NCBI GenBank assembly: GCA_964502185.1
Contig: CAZCVW010000001.1
Span: 1 to 48,214, forward strand
Length of the DNA: 48,214 bases
Direction of reading: 5' to 3'
From: an uncultured Burkholderiales bacterium
Lineage (GTDB): Bacteria > Actinomycetota > Acidimicrobiia > IMCC26256 > BP-133
A program made the translations under genes and the position numbers. Each line of letters begins with the position of its first letter. Position 1 is the stretch's first letter. Shown one piece after another: positions 1 through 9,843 of this stretch. The notes under the pieces were generated by a model. The model was given only the letters and a program-made list of their open reading frames with translations. It had not been told where the DNA came from and ran no database searches.

Positions 1-246
1 ACTCGGGCGGGTTCGTGATCGCCGACGCGGAGCTGGGCCGGTGAACGGGTTCGTAGGAAGCCGCTCGCTCCGGCTGCGAACACCTGTCGTGAGTCGGATC
101 GGCGGGCGGAGCGGGTCTGCGGGCGGGGCCGTCCTCTCCGTCGAGCAGCGGCGCCAGGATTACGTCGATTCCGAACCGCCGGTTACCCGTCTGGGGCTGC
201 TTGCCGAACAGCAACAGGGCTGCCAACCGGATCCTGCCGTCCGGCG

Positions 247-414
247 TCAGACAGCCGAGGTCTCTGCATTGGCGAAGGCCACGACCGGTTCCTGCAAACG
301 GTTCGGCTTGGGTAGGGACATGCCCGTTCTCGACCGGCGGGCGGCGACCAGCCCGGCCAACGCGATCATGACCGGAACGGCGAGCAGCGCCTTCCCCGGC
401 ACGACCGGGCTCAC
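247..414 (-). CDS. possible small membrane protein (55 aa)
   Basis: GTG at 414-412 overlaps the TGA of the SPFH gene (GTGA). Translation [29 protein letters not shown]... has one hydrophobic helix. It is shorter than the ORF-track cutoff. Confidence 0.3.
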   Translation of the reverse strand: MSPVVPGKALLAVPVMIALAGLVAARRSRTGMSLPKPNRLQEPVVAFANAETSAV

Positions 415-1391
415 CCGCCCGGCTGGCGGGGCGGCGTCGGGATCGTCAGGTTGCTCCCCTCCGGCAGCACCCAGAAGTCGACCTTGCCCGACTCGATGGC
501 CTTCAGGAGCACGTAATTCTGGCCGGCGGCGGCGAGGGCTTCGCTGAGCTTGCGGATGCCGTCGGCTTCGGCGGCCCGCTGCGCCACCTCGTTCTGCTTG
601 GTCTGGATGCTGATCTCCGACGTGCGGTTCGCCTCGAAGGCCGCCTTCACGCCGTCGGGGATGGCGATCTCCTTGACCACGAAGGTGAAGTCCGGGCAGC
701 CCGCACCGGGCCGGAAGGTGGGCCCGCAGAAGTACTCGTCGCCCAGTACCGAGCTCACGTTCTCCTTGAGCACGGCGCCGACCTTGCCCTGGACGTCGGT
801 GAGCACGGCCTGGTTGGCGTAGAGATCGCTCACGTCGTAGGCGCGCGCCTCACGCTGGAGGGCGAACTCGATCTGCTGGCGGAACGACTCGTTCAGCATC
901 CGGCGGAACCCCTCGTCGGTCCACGACCGATACTTGAGCCCGATCTGCTCGTGGAACTTCCGCAGCTTGTCGGTGTTGAGCTTGAAGTAGACGGCCACCT
1001 GGAACGTGATGGGGATCCGGTCCTTGGAGGGGGCGGTCACCTTGTCCTCCCCGACCACGTCCCCCTCGTCGGCCCGCCGGGAGATGATGTAGTTCCGCTG
1101 GGTGACCGGGTAGAGGTACAGCTTGTCGGCGAACCCGTTGATGAACAGGCTCGAGCCGGGCTGGCGGATCCCCTGGAAATGCTGGCCTTCGATGGGCCCG
1201 CCGCCGTAGGAGATGCCGACCTGGTCCCGGGGTGTCTTGCGGACGCTGGCCATCAGCGTGACCAGGAGCACGAGGGCGATGATGCCGACGATGCTGTAGC
1301 CCGCGCCCCGCAGGATGCGCCGACGGTTCCCCCAGACGTCCACGGGCAGGTTGCGGCGCCCTCTCCCTCTGCCACCGACGATCTCGGTCAT
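411..1391 (-). CDS. SPFH/band-7 (stomatin/prohibitin-like) membrane protein
   Basis: 326-aa ORF with an N-terminal TM helix ([17 protein letters not shown]) followed by an SPFH-like core and a coiled-coil tail. Confidence 0.85.
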   Translation of the reverse strand: MTEIVGGRGRGRRNLPVDVWGNRRRILRGAGYSIVGIIALVLLVTLMASVRKTPRDQVGISYGGGPIEGQHFQGIRQPGSSLFINGFADKLYLYPVTQRNYIISRRADEGDVVGEDKVTAPSKDRIPITFQVAVYFKLNTDKLRKFHEQIGLKYRSWTDEGFRRMLNESFRQQIEFALQREARAYDVSDLYANQAVLTDVQGKVGAVLKENVSSVLGDEYFCGPTFRPGAGCPDFTFVVKEIAIPDGVKAAFEANRTSEISIQTKQNEVAQRAAEADGIRKLSEALAAAGQNYVLLKAIESGKVDFWVLPEGSNLTIPTPPRQPGG

Positions 1392-1579
1392 GGCCCTCCT
1401 CGTGGCTTAGACACCTGTGTGTTGTAGCCCACGGCGGCCCCGGAGGAGCGGTTACCGGTCAGCCCGACGGTGACCGGGCAGGACCGAGATCGAACCGGTC
1501 CCGGTCCGCGAGGATGCGGCGGGCGGCGTCTGAGGCGTGGGTCAGGACGTAGAGCGCCTGAGTCGGACGCAGCGGGCGC

Positions 1580-1641
1580 AGAGTAACCTGTTGTTAGCCA
1601 AGAGACTACTTTTAGCTTCCAGGCTAATAGTATGTTACTCT
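1580..1641 (+). promoter_or_regulatory. 62-nt imperfect inverted repeat in the leader of the AAA+ gene
   Basis: AGAGTAAC..TTAGCC (1580-1599) pairs with GGCTAA..GTTACTCT (1622-1641). A third TTAGCT box sits in the loop. The repeat ends 6 nt before the ATG at 1648. Confidence 0.5.
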
Positions 1642-1647
1642 GGCGAA

Positions 1648-2904
1648 ATGACTCCCCAAGCAACGGCCCAGGCCAGCCAGTTCAGGAACCCCTTTAGACC
1701 TGGCGCCGGCCATATGCCCCCTCACCTTGCAGGACGTCAGACGGAATTGGCAGAGTTTGCGCGCCTGCTCGAGCAAGAGACCATCTTGGAGAACCTGGTG
1801 CTCACCGGTCTCCGAGGCGTCGGGAAGACGGTGCTGCTCGAGGTGTTCAAGCCGTTGGCCATGGCGTCTGGTTGGCTCTGGGTTGGGACCGACCTTTCGG
1901 AGTCGACGAGCGTCACGGAGGAGAAGCTGGCAGTCCGCATTCTGGCGGACCTGTCAGTGGTGACGTCGTCCGTCGTTACATCCACAGAGAGCTTGCCCAA
2001 ACCGGGCTTCAAGTCACTGCCCCTTGAGATCCCCTCGAGGCTCGACTTCAACGCACTTCTCACGGTCTACAACAACACGCCCGGATTGGTGTCAGACCGC
2101 CTCAAAGCCGTGCTCGAGCTCTCTTGGAAGTACCTCGCGGCCCAGGGCAAGCGGGGGCTGATCTTTGCCTATGACGAGGCACAGAACCTCGCCGATCACG
2201 CCGGCAAAGAGGAGTACCCACTCTCATTGATTCTGGACGTGTTCCAGTCGATCCAGCGCAAAGGCATCCCCTTCATGCTGGCGTTAACGGGCCTGCCGAC
2301 CTTATTCCCGAAGCTGGTGGAGGCGCGGACGTTCGCCGAACGGATGTTTCGGGTTGTCTTTCTCGACCGCCTGAGTCAGTCAGAAAGCAGGGAAGCCATT
2401 CTCAAACCGATCCAGCACGCTGGCTGTCCGGTCGTCTTCACCGATACCTCGGTGGATACGATCTGCGAGCACTCGGGCGGCTATCCGTATTTCATTCAAT
2501 TCATCTGCCGTGAAGTGTTCGACGTGTTCATTCAGCAGGCCACGTCGGGCACTCCCGACCGAGTCCCGCTCGACGCCATCACTCGCAAGCTGGACTCTGA
2601 CTTCTTCGCTGGTCGCTGGGCTCGCGTGACGGATCGTCAAAGAGACCTACTAATTGTGGTGGCCATGTTGACCAGGCCGGACGTTGAGTTCACCGTGCAG
2701 GAGGTCGTAGCGAAAGCCCCGGAGGTGTTGGCGAACTCCTTCAGCAATAGCCACGTTAACCAGATGCTCGCGTCCTTGTGTAGCGCCGGACTGATCTACA
2801 AAAACAGGTACGGCAAGTACTCGTTCGCGGTACCCCTACTTGGGGAGTTCATCAAGCGACAGATCGCCCAAGCCGGAATTCAGCCAACAATCCAATCCCT
2901 GTAG
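1648..2904 (+). CDS. orphan AAA+ ATPase (ORC/Cdc6- or Arch_ATPase-like) with C-terminal winged helix
   Basis: Walker A GLRGVGKT and Walker B LIFAYDEAQ, with a wHTH-like C-terminus. The start is moved to the ATG at 1648 (M38 of the tracked ORF). GC is visibly lower than in the neighbours. Confidence 0.8.
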   Translation: MTPQATAQASQFRNPFRPGAGHMPPHLAGRQTELAEFARLLEQETILENLVLTGLRGVGKTVLLEVFKPLAMASGWLWVGTDLSESTSVTEEKLAVRILADLSVVTSSVVTSTESLPKPGFKSLPLEIPSRLDFNALLTVYNNTPGLVSDRLKAVLELSWKYLAAQGKRGLIFAYDEAQNLADHAGKEEYPLSLILDVFQSIQRKGIPFMLALTGLPTLFPKLVEARTFAERMFRVVFLDRLSQSESREAILKPIQHAGCPVVFTDTSVDTICEHSGGYPYFIQFICREVFDVFIQQATSGTPDRVPLDAITRKLDSDFFAGRWARVTDRQRDLLIVVAMLTRPDVEFTVQEVVAKAPEVLANSFSNSHVNQMLASLCSAGLIYKNRYGKYSFAVPLLGEFIKRQIAQAGIQPTIQSL

Positions 2905-2913
2905 GCGTCGGTC

Positions 2914-2931
2914 GAGCCCTGCTCTTTTTTT
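2914..2931 (+). terminator. possible intrinsic terminator
   Basis: Short hairpin GAGC-cct-GCTC followed by T7, the only long T run in this GC-rich stretch. It lies between convergent genes. The stem is weak. Confidence 0.35.
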
Positions 2932-2952
2932 GTTGGTGGCCGTCGCCCGCCC

Positions 2953-5199
2953 TCAGGCGAACTGAAGGAGGAACTTCCAGGCGCCGGGGCAGTCGAAGGT
3001 GCGGGCGGCGCACCCGGCGGCCAGCAGCTCGTCGGGAAGGAGTTGGTCGTATTTCTCAAAGATCTTGTTGGCCACCGACGCCGCCAGCTCGACCGGGTCC
3101 GGCATCCGCCGGGCCAGATCATTGAACAGGCCGGTGATCTCGCCGGCGTCGGCCCCGACCACGGCGAGGGCGAGGCCGGCCACGCTGACATCGAGCCCTT
3201 CCGCCGTCATGGCGGCGGCAATGGTGTAGAGGACACGGTCGCCGGCCCACGGAAAGACGTAGCTTTCCGGGCCGTCGTCGATCACGGCCCGCTCGTCGAG
3301 CCCGTAGAAGGCGAAGTATTGGCGACCTTCGGTGAGCAGCTCGGCGGCCGTGGCGTCGAGGTACCCGGGGACCGGGCCGTCGCGGTAGACGGCCAGCATT
3401 TCCTGGCGGACCCGGTCGTGCACCACGGCGCCGGTGCCACCGAACCGGGGTGGCCTCCCTCCCGGGGCGGGCACCAGGTCGACGACCCGGGCTCCCGGGT
3501 CGATCCCGACGATCCGCCAGCAGCGGCCGGCGAAGATCATGAGGCTCCCCGGCCGGAGCGGTTGCCGGTCGCTGATGGGAAGCGTGCCCAGCTGGCGGCC
3601 GCCGCTGATCAGGCGCCATTCCTGCGGCGTGCTGAAGGCGGCGTAGAAGCTGTAGTGGTTCACGATCTGCTCGCCCCGCACGTCGAGCAGCAGCAGTCCG
3701 TCGGCCGCTTGGGCGATCACCTCGCCGGCGCCCAGAGCCCGCAGGAGGCCGGCGAACTGACCGGAGGAGACGTTGGCGAAGGGGCCGCTCCCGCACAGCG
3801 CCGAGTACGCCTCCGCGGGCCGGACCCCGCCGTGCTGGGCGATGAGAGACAGCAATTGCTGCACCAGCGTGGACAGGTGCAGCTCACCCGTCGCCGGCGG
3901 CTCGTACCACCGCTTGAGCAGCAGGTTCACCATGGCGATGGTCTGGACCAGTTCGGCCCGGAGGGCGTCGGGCGGGGATGTCCTGGCCGTGACCTCGGGC
4001 TCGGAGATGTAGCACCGGAGGATGGCCGGGTCTCCCCGGCGCCCGGAGCGGCCCAGGCGCTGGCGGGTCGTGGTCACCGACGGCGGGGCGCCGATCTGGG
4101 CGATCGAGCGGACGTCGCCGATGTCGATCCCCATCTCCAGCGTGGCGGTGCACACGGCGTTGACCGGCCGGGTCCGGTCCTTGAGCCGGGACTCGACCTC
4201 CTCCCGGAACTCCTTCGAGAGGCTCCCGTGGTGGGCGAAGAACTCGTTCGGCACCCTCGCCTGCTCCGACCGGCGGGTGAGCAGGTCGGCGTACACCTCG
4301 ACCTCGGTGCGGGTGTTGGCGAAGATCATGTTGTCCGAGCCCCGCAGGGTTTCGAACAGGTGCCCGGCGATGGCCAGCTCGTTGCCCTCGGCCGTGTCTT
4401 CGGAGGTGACCTCGTCTCCGGCCTCGAGTGCCGCCCGTAAGGTCGCCCCGTCGAGGTGGGGGGCCGTGATGCGGTAGCCGCGCACCTGCAGGCGCACCTG
4501 CGCAGCGTCGTCGTCGTCGGCGACGATCAGCCGTACGCCCTCCCCGGCCCCCGGTCGGAGGAACTCGGCCGCCAGCCCCATGTCTCCCAGGGTGGCGGAC
4601 AAGGCGATCCGGGGCACCCGCCGGCGCACCGCCAGTTCGACCCGGTGGACGAGCGACTGCAGCTGCGCCCCCCGTTCGGTCCCCATGAACGAGTGGAGCT
4701 CGTCGAGGACCACGTAGCGCAGGTCTCCCAGAAGGGTGCCGATCTGGGCGCCCCGCAGCACGAACAGGGCCTCGAGCGACTCGGGCGTGATGAGCAGCAT
4801 CCCGGATGGGGCATTGAGCAGCTTGGTCTTTTGCGCCCCCGGGACGTCACCGTGCCAACGGTGGACGGGGATCTCGAGGTGCTCACACAAACGGTCGAGC
4901 CGATCGAACTGGTCGTTGATCAGAGCCTTCAGCGGGCTCACGTAGAGCACCGAGATTCCCGGCTTCGGGCCCGTCGTGGCCAGCGCCGAACAGATCGGCA
5001 GGTAGGCCGCCTCCGTCTTCCCCGACGCGGTCGCGGCCGAGATGATGACGTCCGTGTCGCCGGTCAGGATCGGGGCGAACGCCTCGGTCTGGGCCGACCG
5101 CAGCTCCGTCCAACCCTGCTCCCACACCCAGCGGGCGACGTCGGGATGGAGCAGCGAGAAGGCGGCCTCAGAGCCGGAAGCTGCTGAGGTCGTCATCAC
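2953..5199 (-). CDS. sngC: DEAD/DEAH-box, Lhr/BrxHI-like helicase (Shango SngC-like)
   Basis: 748 aa with motif I AATASGKTEA and motif II VVLDELHSF. It overlaps the upstream ATPase gene by 32 nt. Confidence 0.8.
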   Translation of the reverse strand: MMTTSAASGSEAAFSLLHPDVARWVWEQGWTELRSAQTEAFAPILTGDTDVIISAATASGKTEAAYLPICSALATTGPKPGISVLYVSPLKALINDQFDRLDRLCEHLEIPVHRWHGDVPGAQKTKLLNAPSGMLLITPESLEALFVLRGAQIGTLLGDLRYVVLDELHSFMGTERGAQLQSLVHRVELAVRRRVPRIALSATLGDMGLAAEFLRPGAGEGVRLIVADDDDAAQVRLQVRGYRITAPHLDGATLRAALEAGDEVTSEDTAEGNELAIAGHLFETLRGSDNMIFANTRTEVEVYADLLTRRSEQARVPNEFFAHHGSLSKEFREEVESRLKDRTRPVNAVCTATLEMGIDIGDVRSIAQIGAPPSVTTTRQRLGRSGRRGDPAILRCYISEPEVTARTSPPDALRAELVQTIAMVNLLLKRWYEPPATGELHLSTLVQQLLSLIAQHGGVRPAEAYSALCGSGPFANVSSGQFAGLLRALGAGEVIAQAADGLLLLDVRGEQIVNHYSFYAAFSTPQEWRLISGGRQLGTLPISDRQPLRPGSLMIFAGRCWRIVGIDPGARVVDLVPAPGGRPPRFGGTGAVVHDRVRQEMLAVYRDGPVPGYLDATAAELLTEGRQYFAFYGLDERAVIDDGPESYVFPWAGDRVLYTIAAAMTAEGLDVSVAGLALAVVGADAGEITGLFNDLARRMPDPVELAASVANKIFEKYDQLLPDELLAAGCAARTFDCPGAWKFLLQFA

Positions 5200-6535
5200 C
5201 CGCCCCCGGCGGTTGCTCTCCGGCGCCGGGCAGCGGGAGCAGGTCCGGGTTGGCCTCCGGAGCGATCTCGACCCGCTCGATGAGTCCGTCCCAGGTGACG
5301 CCGGGGTTCTGCTCCAGCACGGCCAGGAGGTTGATGAACTCCTTGATGGTGGTGCGAGGCGTCCGGAAGTAGGCGTCGCCGACCCTTTTGGCGCAATGGT
5401 TCATGAACGCGCTCAGGGCCTCGTCGGGCAACAGGTAGGCGGCCGGGTCCCCCGAGGCGTACACGTGACGGAGCCTCGTGAGCAGGATGTAGAAGTCGTC
5501 GGGCGTGAGGTTGGCGAGACGGATGACGGGCCCGTCGTAGTCGACGAGGTCACCGGCGGCGAAGGTGTTCTCGGCCAGGCGCGACTGCAGGGCGGGGTAG
5601 CTGTAGAGGCCGCGGCGGGTGTCGAGCAGGAAGTCCGGCGTACCGCCCAACACGAAACCGAGCCCGGCGACGCTGCCCTGCAGGCTGTCGTTGACGATCC
5701 GCAGGATCTGCTCGTAGTTGGCGTTGCGGGACTGGGTGTGGGCCAGCTTGTAGAGGTTGACGAGTTCGTCGAGGCACACGAGCACGCCGGAGAAGCCCGC
5801 CATGCGCACGAAACGGGCGAGGAGCTTCAGGTGGTCGTACCAGTTGGCGTCATCGACGATGGTCCGCACCCCGAGCGCCTGGCGGGCATCGGTCTTGGTG
5901 CTGAACTCGCCCCGCAGCCACCGGACGGCATCGCTCTGCAGCGCGTCATCGCCGGTGTCGTGGCCGCGCCAGTAGGCGCCGATCACCGCGGCGAAGTCGT
6001 AGCCACCCACCAGTTCCGACAGGGACCCGAGGCGCTCGGCGATCACCGCCGCCGGCTCGACGCCCCGTTCGGTCGCCTCGGCCAGTGTGGTGGACACGAA
6101 CCGCTCCACGACACTGGCCAGCGCACCGCCATCGGGCTTGGCCCGCGTGGCGAAGTTGTGCGCCAGTTCCGTGTAGAGGCTGCGGGCCTGGCCGCCGCTC
6201 GCCTGGAGGCGCCGGTCAGGGCTCAGGTCGGCGTTGAGGGTGACGAGCTTGCGTTCGAGGGCGATGGACCGCACCAGCTGCAGGAAGAATGTCTTGCCCG
6301 AGCCGTACTCACCGATGATGAAGCGAACGGACGAACCGCCGTCGGCCACCCGGTCGACGTCCCGGAGCAGCGCCTTGACCTCGGGGGCGCGCCCGACCTG
6401 AATGTGCTGGTGGCCCAGGCGGGGCACCACGCCGGCCCGCAGGGACTGCACGATGGCGTCCCGGTCCCGGGGGCGGATCGTGCCCTGGGGGTACGGCGAT
6501 GGGGCCTCGGGGGACGTGCCCGAGTCGCCGCTCAC
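5168..6535 (-). CDS. sngB: DUF2791/BrxD-like P-loop ATPase (Shango SngB-like)
   Basis: 455 aa with P-loop GEYGSGKT. The GTG start overlaps the TGA of the upstream gene (GTGA at 6532-6535). Confidence 0.8.
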   Translation of the reverse strand: MSGDSGTSPEAPSPYPQGTIRPRDRDAIVQSLRAGVVPRLGHQHIQVGRAPEVKALLRDVDRVADGGSSVRFIIGEYGSGKTFFLQLVRSIALERKLVTLNADLSPDRRLQASGGQARSLYTELAHNFATRAKPDGGALASVVERFVSTTLAEATERGVEPAAVIAERLGSLSELVGGYDFAAVIGAYWRGHDTGDDALQSDAVRWLRGEFSTKTDARQALGVRTIVDDANWYDHLKLLARFVRMAGFSGVLVCLDELVNLYKLAHTQSRNANYEQILRIVNDSLQGSVAGLGFVLGGTPDFLLDTRRGLYSYPALQSRLAENTFAAGDLVDYDGPVIRLANLTPDDFYILLTRLRHVYASGDPAAYLLPDEALSAFMNHCAKRVGDAYFRTPRTTIKEFINLLAVLEQNPGVTWDGLIERVEIAPEANPDLLPLPGAGEQPPGAGDDDLSSFRL

Positions 6536-8745
6536 AGGCCGAGCTCGCCGAGGACGGTCGGGTTCATCTCGATCGGGTCCTCGCCCTCGCAGACCACGTC
6601 ACCGCAGGTCTCCAACGTCGATTCGTTCAGCACGTCGAGCGCTCCGTCGGGGAGGAGCCCGACCGAGGCCGCCGCCGCCCGGAACTCGGTCCGGGTCCAG
6701 CTCGCACGGGCCGAGAGCGTCCGGAGGAGCCGCGTGTGGGCGCCGTCGAGGCCGGCGACGAGGTCCTCTCCCGCCGCCGCCGCCGCGGCCGGCACTGCTC
6801 CCGGATGGTCTTCGGCGGCGAAGATCTCCCCGAGGAGGGCGGCAACGGTTTCGGTTTCTTGGAGCTTCGCCCGGACGAATTCGGGGTTCGGGATGAAGGG
6901 GGACGGAGGCGCGGGCACGGGGCGGGCGGGTAGGTAGCGGGGCGGCCCAGTAGGGGCGGGGACGAACCGCCCGGGGGCGGGCTGCTCCCGGCGGACTGCG
7001 CCCCGGGCGGCGTCCACGCGATCGATCGCCGCCTCCCTCGCCGCCTCTCGGGTCGTCGCCTCCACCAGGGGGCCCACGTCGGCCGGGTCCAGAGCGAGTA
7101 GCCCGAACGCCTTCGTGAGCTCCGCCACCTGGGCCGGTCCGAGGGCTGCCCCCCATCGGACGGCGATGCGCACGAGAAAGGAACCGATCGTCGCCCGATG
7201 CTGCGCGCTGAGCTCTCGCAGCCGGTCGCAGGCGGCGTCAGCCGCGGGGCCGGCCACCCCCCACCAGCGCAGGCGAGCGCCGACCCGGGGCCGTTCGGCG
7301 GCGGGGAAACCCAGTTCCTGCTGGATCCGCTCAGCTGCAGTCTCGAAGCTGGCGGAATCGCCGGTGGCGGCGACGACCCCGGCGGCGAGTCGGAGGACGG
7401 CGGACGCCGTAGCCGAGATCGGCGCAGCCGCCCGGGCCGAGCGACCGAGACGGAACAGGACCGCAGGACCGCCGCCCACGACGGGACCGCCGAAGCGCAC
7501 GTCCGGCTCGATCCCGTAGCCGAGCGCCTCAAGAAGCAGTGCGAGACCGGCCCCATCGGCCCGTGTGAGCTTCCCGCCGGCCGCCGGCGGCCATTGGCGG
7601 GCCAACCCGGCACCGTCGATGTCGGCCATCGCGCCGTCCCCCAGCTGCCCTTCGATCCACGCGCGCAACGCCTCGACAGCCTCGACGGTGTCGGTCGCCA
7701 CGAGCTCGGCCGGGAGGAGGGCAGTGGCGGCCGGCGTCCCTCGGCTGCCCGGGTGCCGGCCCAGCCAGCGGCTGTACGGCTCGAGGGACTGCGCCGCACC
7801 GCGGGTGAGGGCCGCCAGTTGGCCCACCGGCGCCTTCAGCTCGGAGACATCGAAGAGGCCAGGGGCCGGAAGGTCGATCGGCCCGCCGAACCCGCCGGAA
7901 GCCGGCCCATAGCGGAGCGGCAGCGGGGTGGTGGACTCGACCGCCAGGCCATTACCGAAGCGCTCCCGGTAGCGGAGAGCGAAGAGCGAAGAGAACTCCG
8001 CCTGGCAATTCGGTTCCGGGATCCGCAACGAGATCTCCGGGTGGGCTCGAGCCCAGGCCAGCGCCCACTCCGCCGGCACGGGCCGACCGGCGACGGCCAA
8101 CCGGGCGAGACCGAGCTTCAGGGCCAGCGCCACCGCCCAGCTGTTGCCGACGAGCGGGGGCGACGCCGGCGACTCGGCCCCACCGGCCGCGTCACGCCCG
8201 GCGACCACATCGAGCGCAGCCAGAAAATTCGAGGCGTACCCGCGCCACGTCAGGTTCGACCCGTAGAGCGAAACGAGCCGCTGGACCTCGGCCTGGATGA
8301 CCGGGAGTTCGTCGAAGGCCTCCCGGTCGAAGCGGCTGTCGATCAGGGCCCGCCGCTCGAGTCCGTAGAAGAACAGGAAGACGCAGCCGATCGGAACGGA
8401 CGGGTCGCAACGGCCGTCGGCCAGCCAGGAGACGTAGGCCGCCCGTCTCGCCGGGGACAGGCCGGCGTAGGTCGACCACTCGTTGGGACCGGTGGCGGCC
8501 CATTCCGGCCGCGTGAGATCGACGGGCAGGCTGGGGTCGACGATCGCCGGCTCGGTCCCGCGCCACGGGGAGACGGCGCCCAGGTTCCGCCCGAGGTAGA
8601 TGAGGCCGGCGGAGATGACGGACGGCCCGACCTGCACCGACTCGCCGGCCGGCACCCATCTCCACAGGGCAGCCGAAGGGCGACGCCCAGGGGACATGGG
8701 TGTCCAGGACGGCAGGTGCTCCCAGGCCCGCATTCCCACGCCCAC
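6532..8745 (-). CDS. sngA: TerB-N / TerB-C domain protein (Shango SngA-like)
   Basis: The N-terminus (WVPAGESVQVGPSVISAGLIYLG ... IGCVFLFFYGLERR) is typical of TerB-N and the C-terminal ~100 aa is TerB-C-like. The exact start is uncertain (8745, 8733 or 8697). Confidence 0.75.
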   Translation of the reverse strand: MGVGMRAWEHLPSWTPMSPGRRPSAALWRWVPAGESVQVGPSVISAGLIYLGRNLGAVSPWRGTEPAIVDPSLPVDLTRPEWAATGPNEWSTYAGLSPARRAAYVSWLADGRCDPSVPIGCVFLFFYGLERRALIDSRFDREAFDELPVIQAEVQRLVSLYGSNLTWRGYASNFLAALDVVAGRDAAGGAESPASPPLVGNSWAVALALKLGLARLAVAGRPVPAEWALAWARAHPEISLRIPEPNCQAEFSSLFALRYRERFGNGLAVESTTPLPLRYGPASGGFGGPIDLPAPGLFDVSELKAPVGQLAALTRGAAQSLEPYSRWLGRHPGSRGTPAATALLPAELVATDTVEAVEALRAWIEGQLGDGAMADIDGAGLARQWPPAAGGKLTRADGAGLALLLEALGYGIEPDVRFGGPVVGGGPAVLFRLGRSARAAAPISATASAVLRLAAGVVAATGDSASFETAAERIQQELGFPAAERPRVGARLRWWGVAGPAADAACDRLRELSAQHRATIGSFLVRIAVRWGAALGPAQVAELTKAFGLLALDPADVGPLVEATTREAAREAAIDRVDAARGAVRREQPAPGRFVPAPTGPPRYLPARPVPAPPSPFIPNPEFVRAKLQETETVAALLGEIFAAEDHPGAVPAAAAAAGEDLVAGLDGAHTRLLRTLSARASWTRTEFRAAAASVGLLPDGALDVLNESTLETCGDVVCEGEDPIEMNPTVLGELGL

Positions 8746-8882
8746 CCCCCGGTCCAGTTGTCACGGCCGCTGGCGACCAACGCTTCTGCCGGGACGCGTC
8801 GAGCCCGAGTCCCCGTCAGGGTAACGGGACGGCCCAGGCGCCGGGGATGGGCGCCCTTGACCGCGCTGTCTCGGCGACATGA

Positions 8883-9185
8883 GAACCGTTCGACGTTGCC
8901 GTACTGTCCCACGGGGAGTTCGCCATCGCCTACGACGAAGGCCGTCTCATCGGTATGCTCACCGGCACGGGCGGGATCGCCGACGCCGTCCCCGAGCTCC
9001 TCGACCGGATCGACAAGCAGACCGGAGCCGTCGTCCTCGTCGACGACGACCCCGAGCGGCTCGTCGATCGGCTCGTCACCTACTACCACGAGCAGCATTA
9101 CCGCCGCCCGAGCTGCTTCGCCGGCGGCGTTTCCAATGGCGGACCGATTGGCCACGGCGGCATACCGATGGGAGGTGGCAGATGA
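8883..9185 (+). pseudogene. 5'-truncated gene remnant (C-terminal ~100 codons)
   Basis: The open frame begins right after a stop at 8880-8882 and has no good start before the ATG at 8955. Its TGA overlaps the ATG of the next gene (ATGA at 9182-9185), which suggests a former operon partner. Confidence 0.35.
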
Positions 9186-9739
9186 ACGCAAGGACAACAA
9201 TCAACCGGGTGGCGATGGGAGGGCTGGCGATGGCCCTGTTCGCCGCCACGCTCGCCTGCGGCGACAGCGACGAGGACGCCACGACGACGACCACCACGGC
9301 CGCCCCTCCTTCGACCACCGCGTTCCGCACCGAGGTCAAGGTCTTCCTCACCACCCCGCAGACGGGCGATCCTGACTGCGGCCTCGTGGCCGCCGCCCCG
9401 CGGACGGTGGAGGGCCCCAACGTCCTTGCCGCCACCATGACCGCGCTCCTGGCGGGGCCGACCGCCGCCGAGCGCGACAGTGGGTACACGAGCTGGTTCT
9501 CCGACCAGACGGCGGGGATGCTCATCTCGGCCCGGACCGACGGCGTCGCCCGCGTCGACTTCGAGGACTTTTCGGCGCTGATCCCCAACGCCTCGTCGTC
9601 GTGCGGATCCCAGTCCCTCCTGGCGCAGCTCGACCGCACCGCCACGCAGTCCCCGGGCGTGGACCGCGCCGTCTACTCGTTCGAGGGGGACACCAGCCGC
9701 TTCTACGAGTGGCTGCAACTGGCGGCACCCGACGAGTAG
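9182..9739 (+). CDS. GerMN-domain lipoprotein
   Basis: Signal peptide plus lipobox (LACG), a Thr/Pro linker and a GerMN-like core. Confidence 0.75.
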   Translation: MNARTTINRVAMGGLAMALFAATLACGDSDEDATTTTTTAAPPSTTAFRTEVKVFLTTPQTGDPDCGLVAAAPRTVEGPNVLAATMTALLAGPTAAERDSGYTSWFSDQTAGMLISARTDGVARVDFEDFSALIPNASSSCGSQSLLAQLDRTATQSPGVDRAVYSFEGDTSRFYEWLQLAAPDE

Positions 9740-9843
9740 GTGCTCCGGGCCGCGGGGACCGGAGGATGAAGATCCAGCTGGACGCGGGCAGCGGCTTGCC
9801 TCCCAGGAGGCGCCCGCAGTTCGGCCGATCTCGGGGGAAGAGT

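Noticed and set aside
1478-1500. T-arm-like hairpin (minus strand GGACCGG-TTCGATC-TCGGTCC) near the left edge of the defence islet.
   Set aside because: No acceptor, D or anticodon arms are present. It could be an att relic but the evidence is too thin to call.
3043-6937. Long plus-strand ORFs (3043-4440, 4456-5187, 5042-6937 and others) opposite the Shango genes.
   Set aside because: These are typical antisense shadow ORFs of high-GC DNA. They are Arg/Gly/Pro-rich with low-complexity composition, and they overlap convincingly motif-bearing minus-strand genes.
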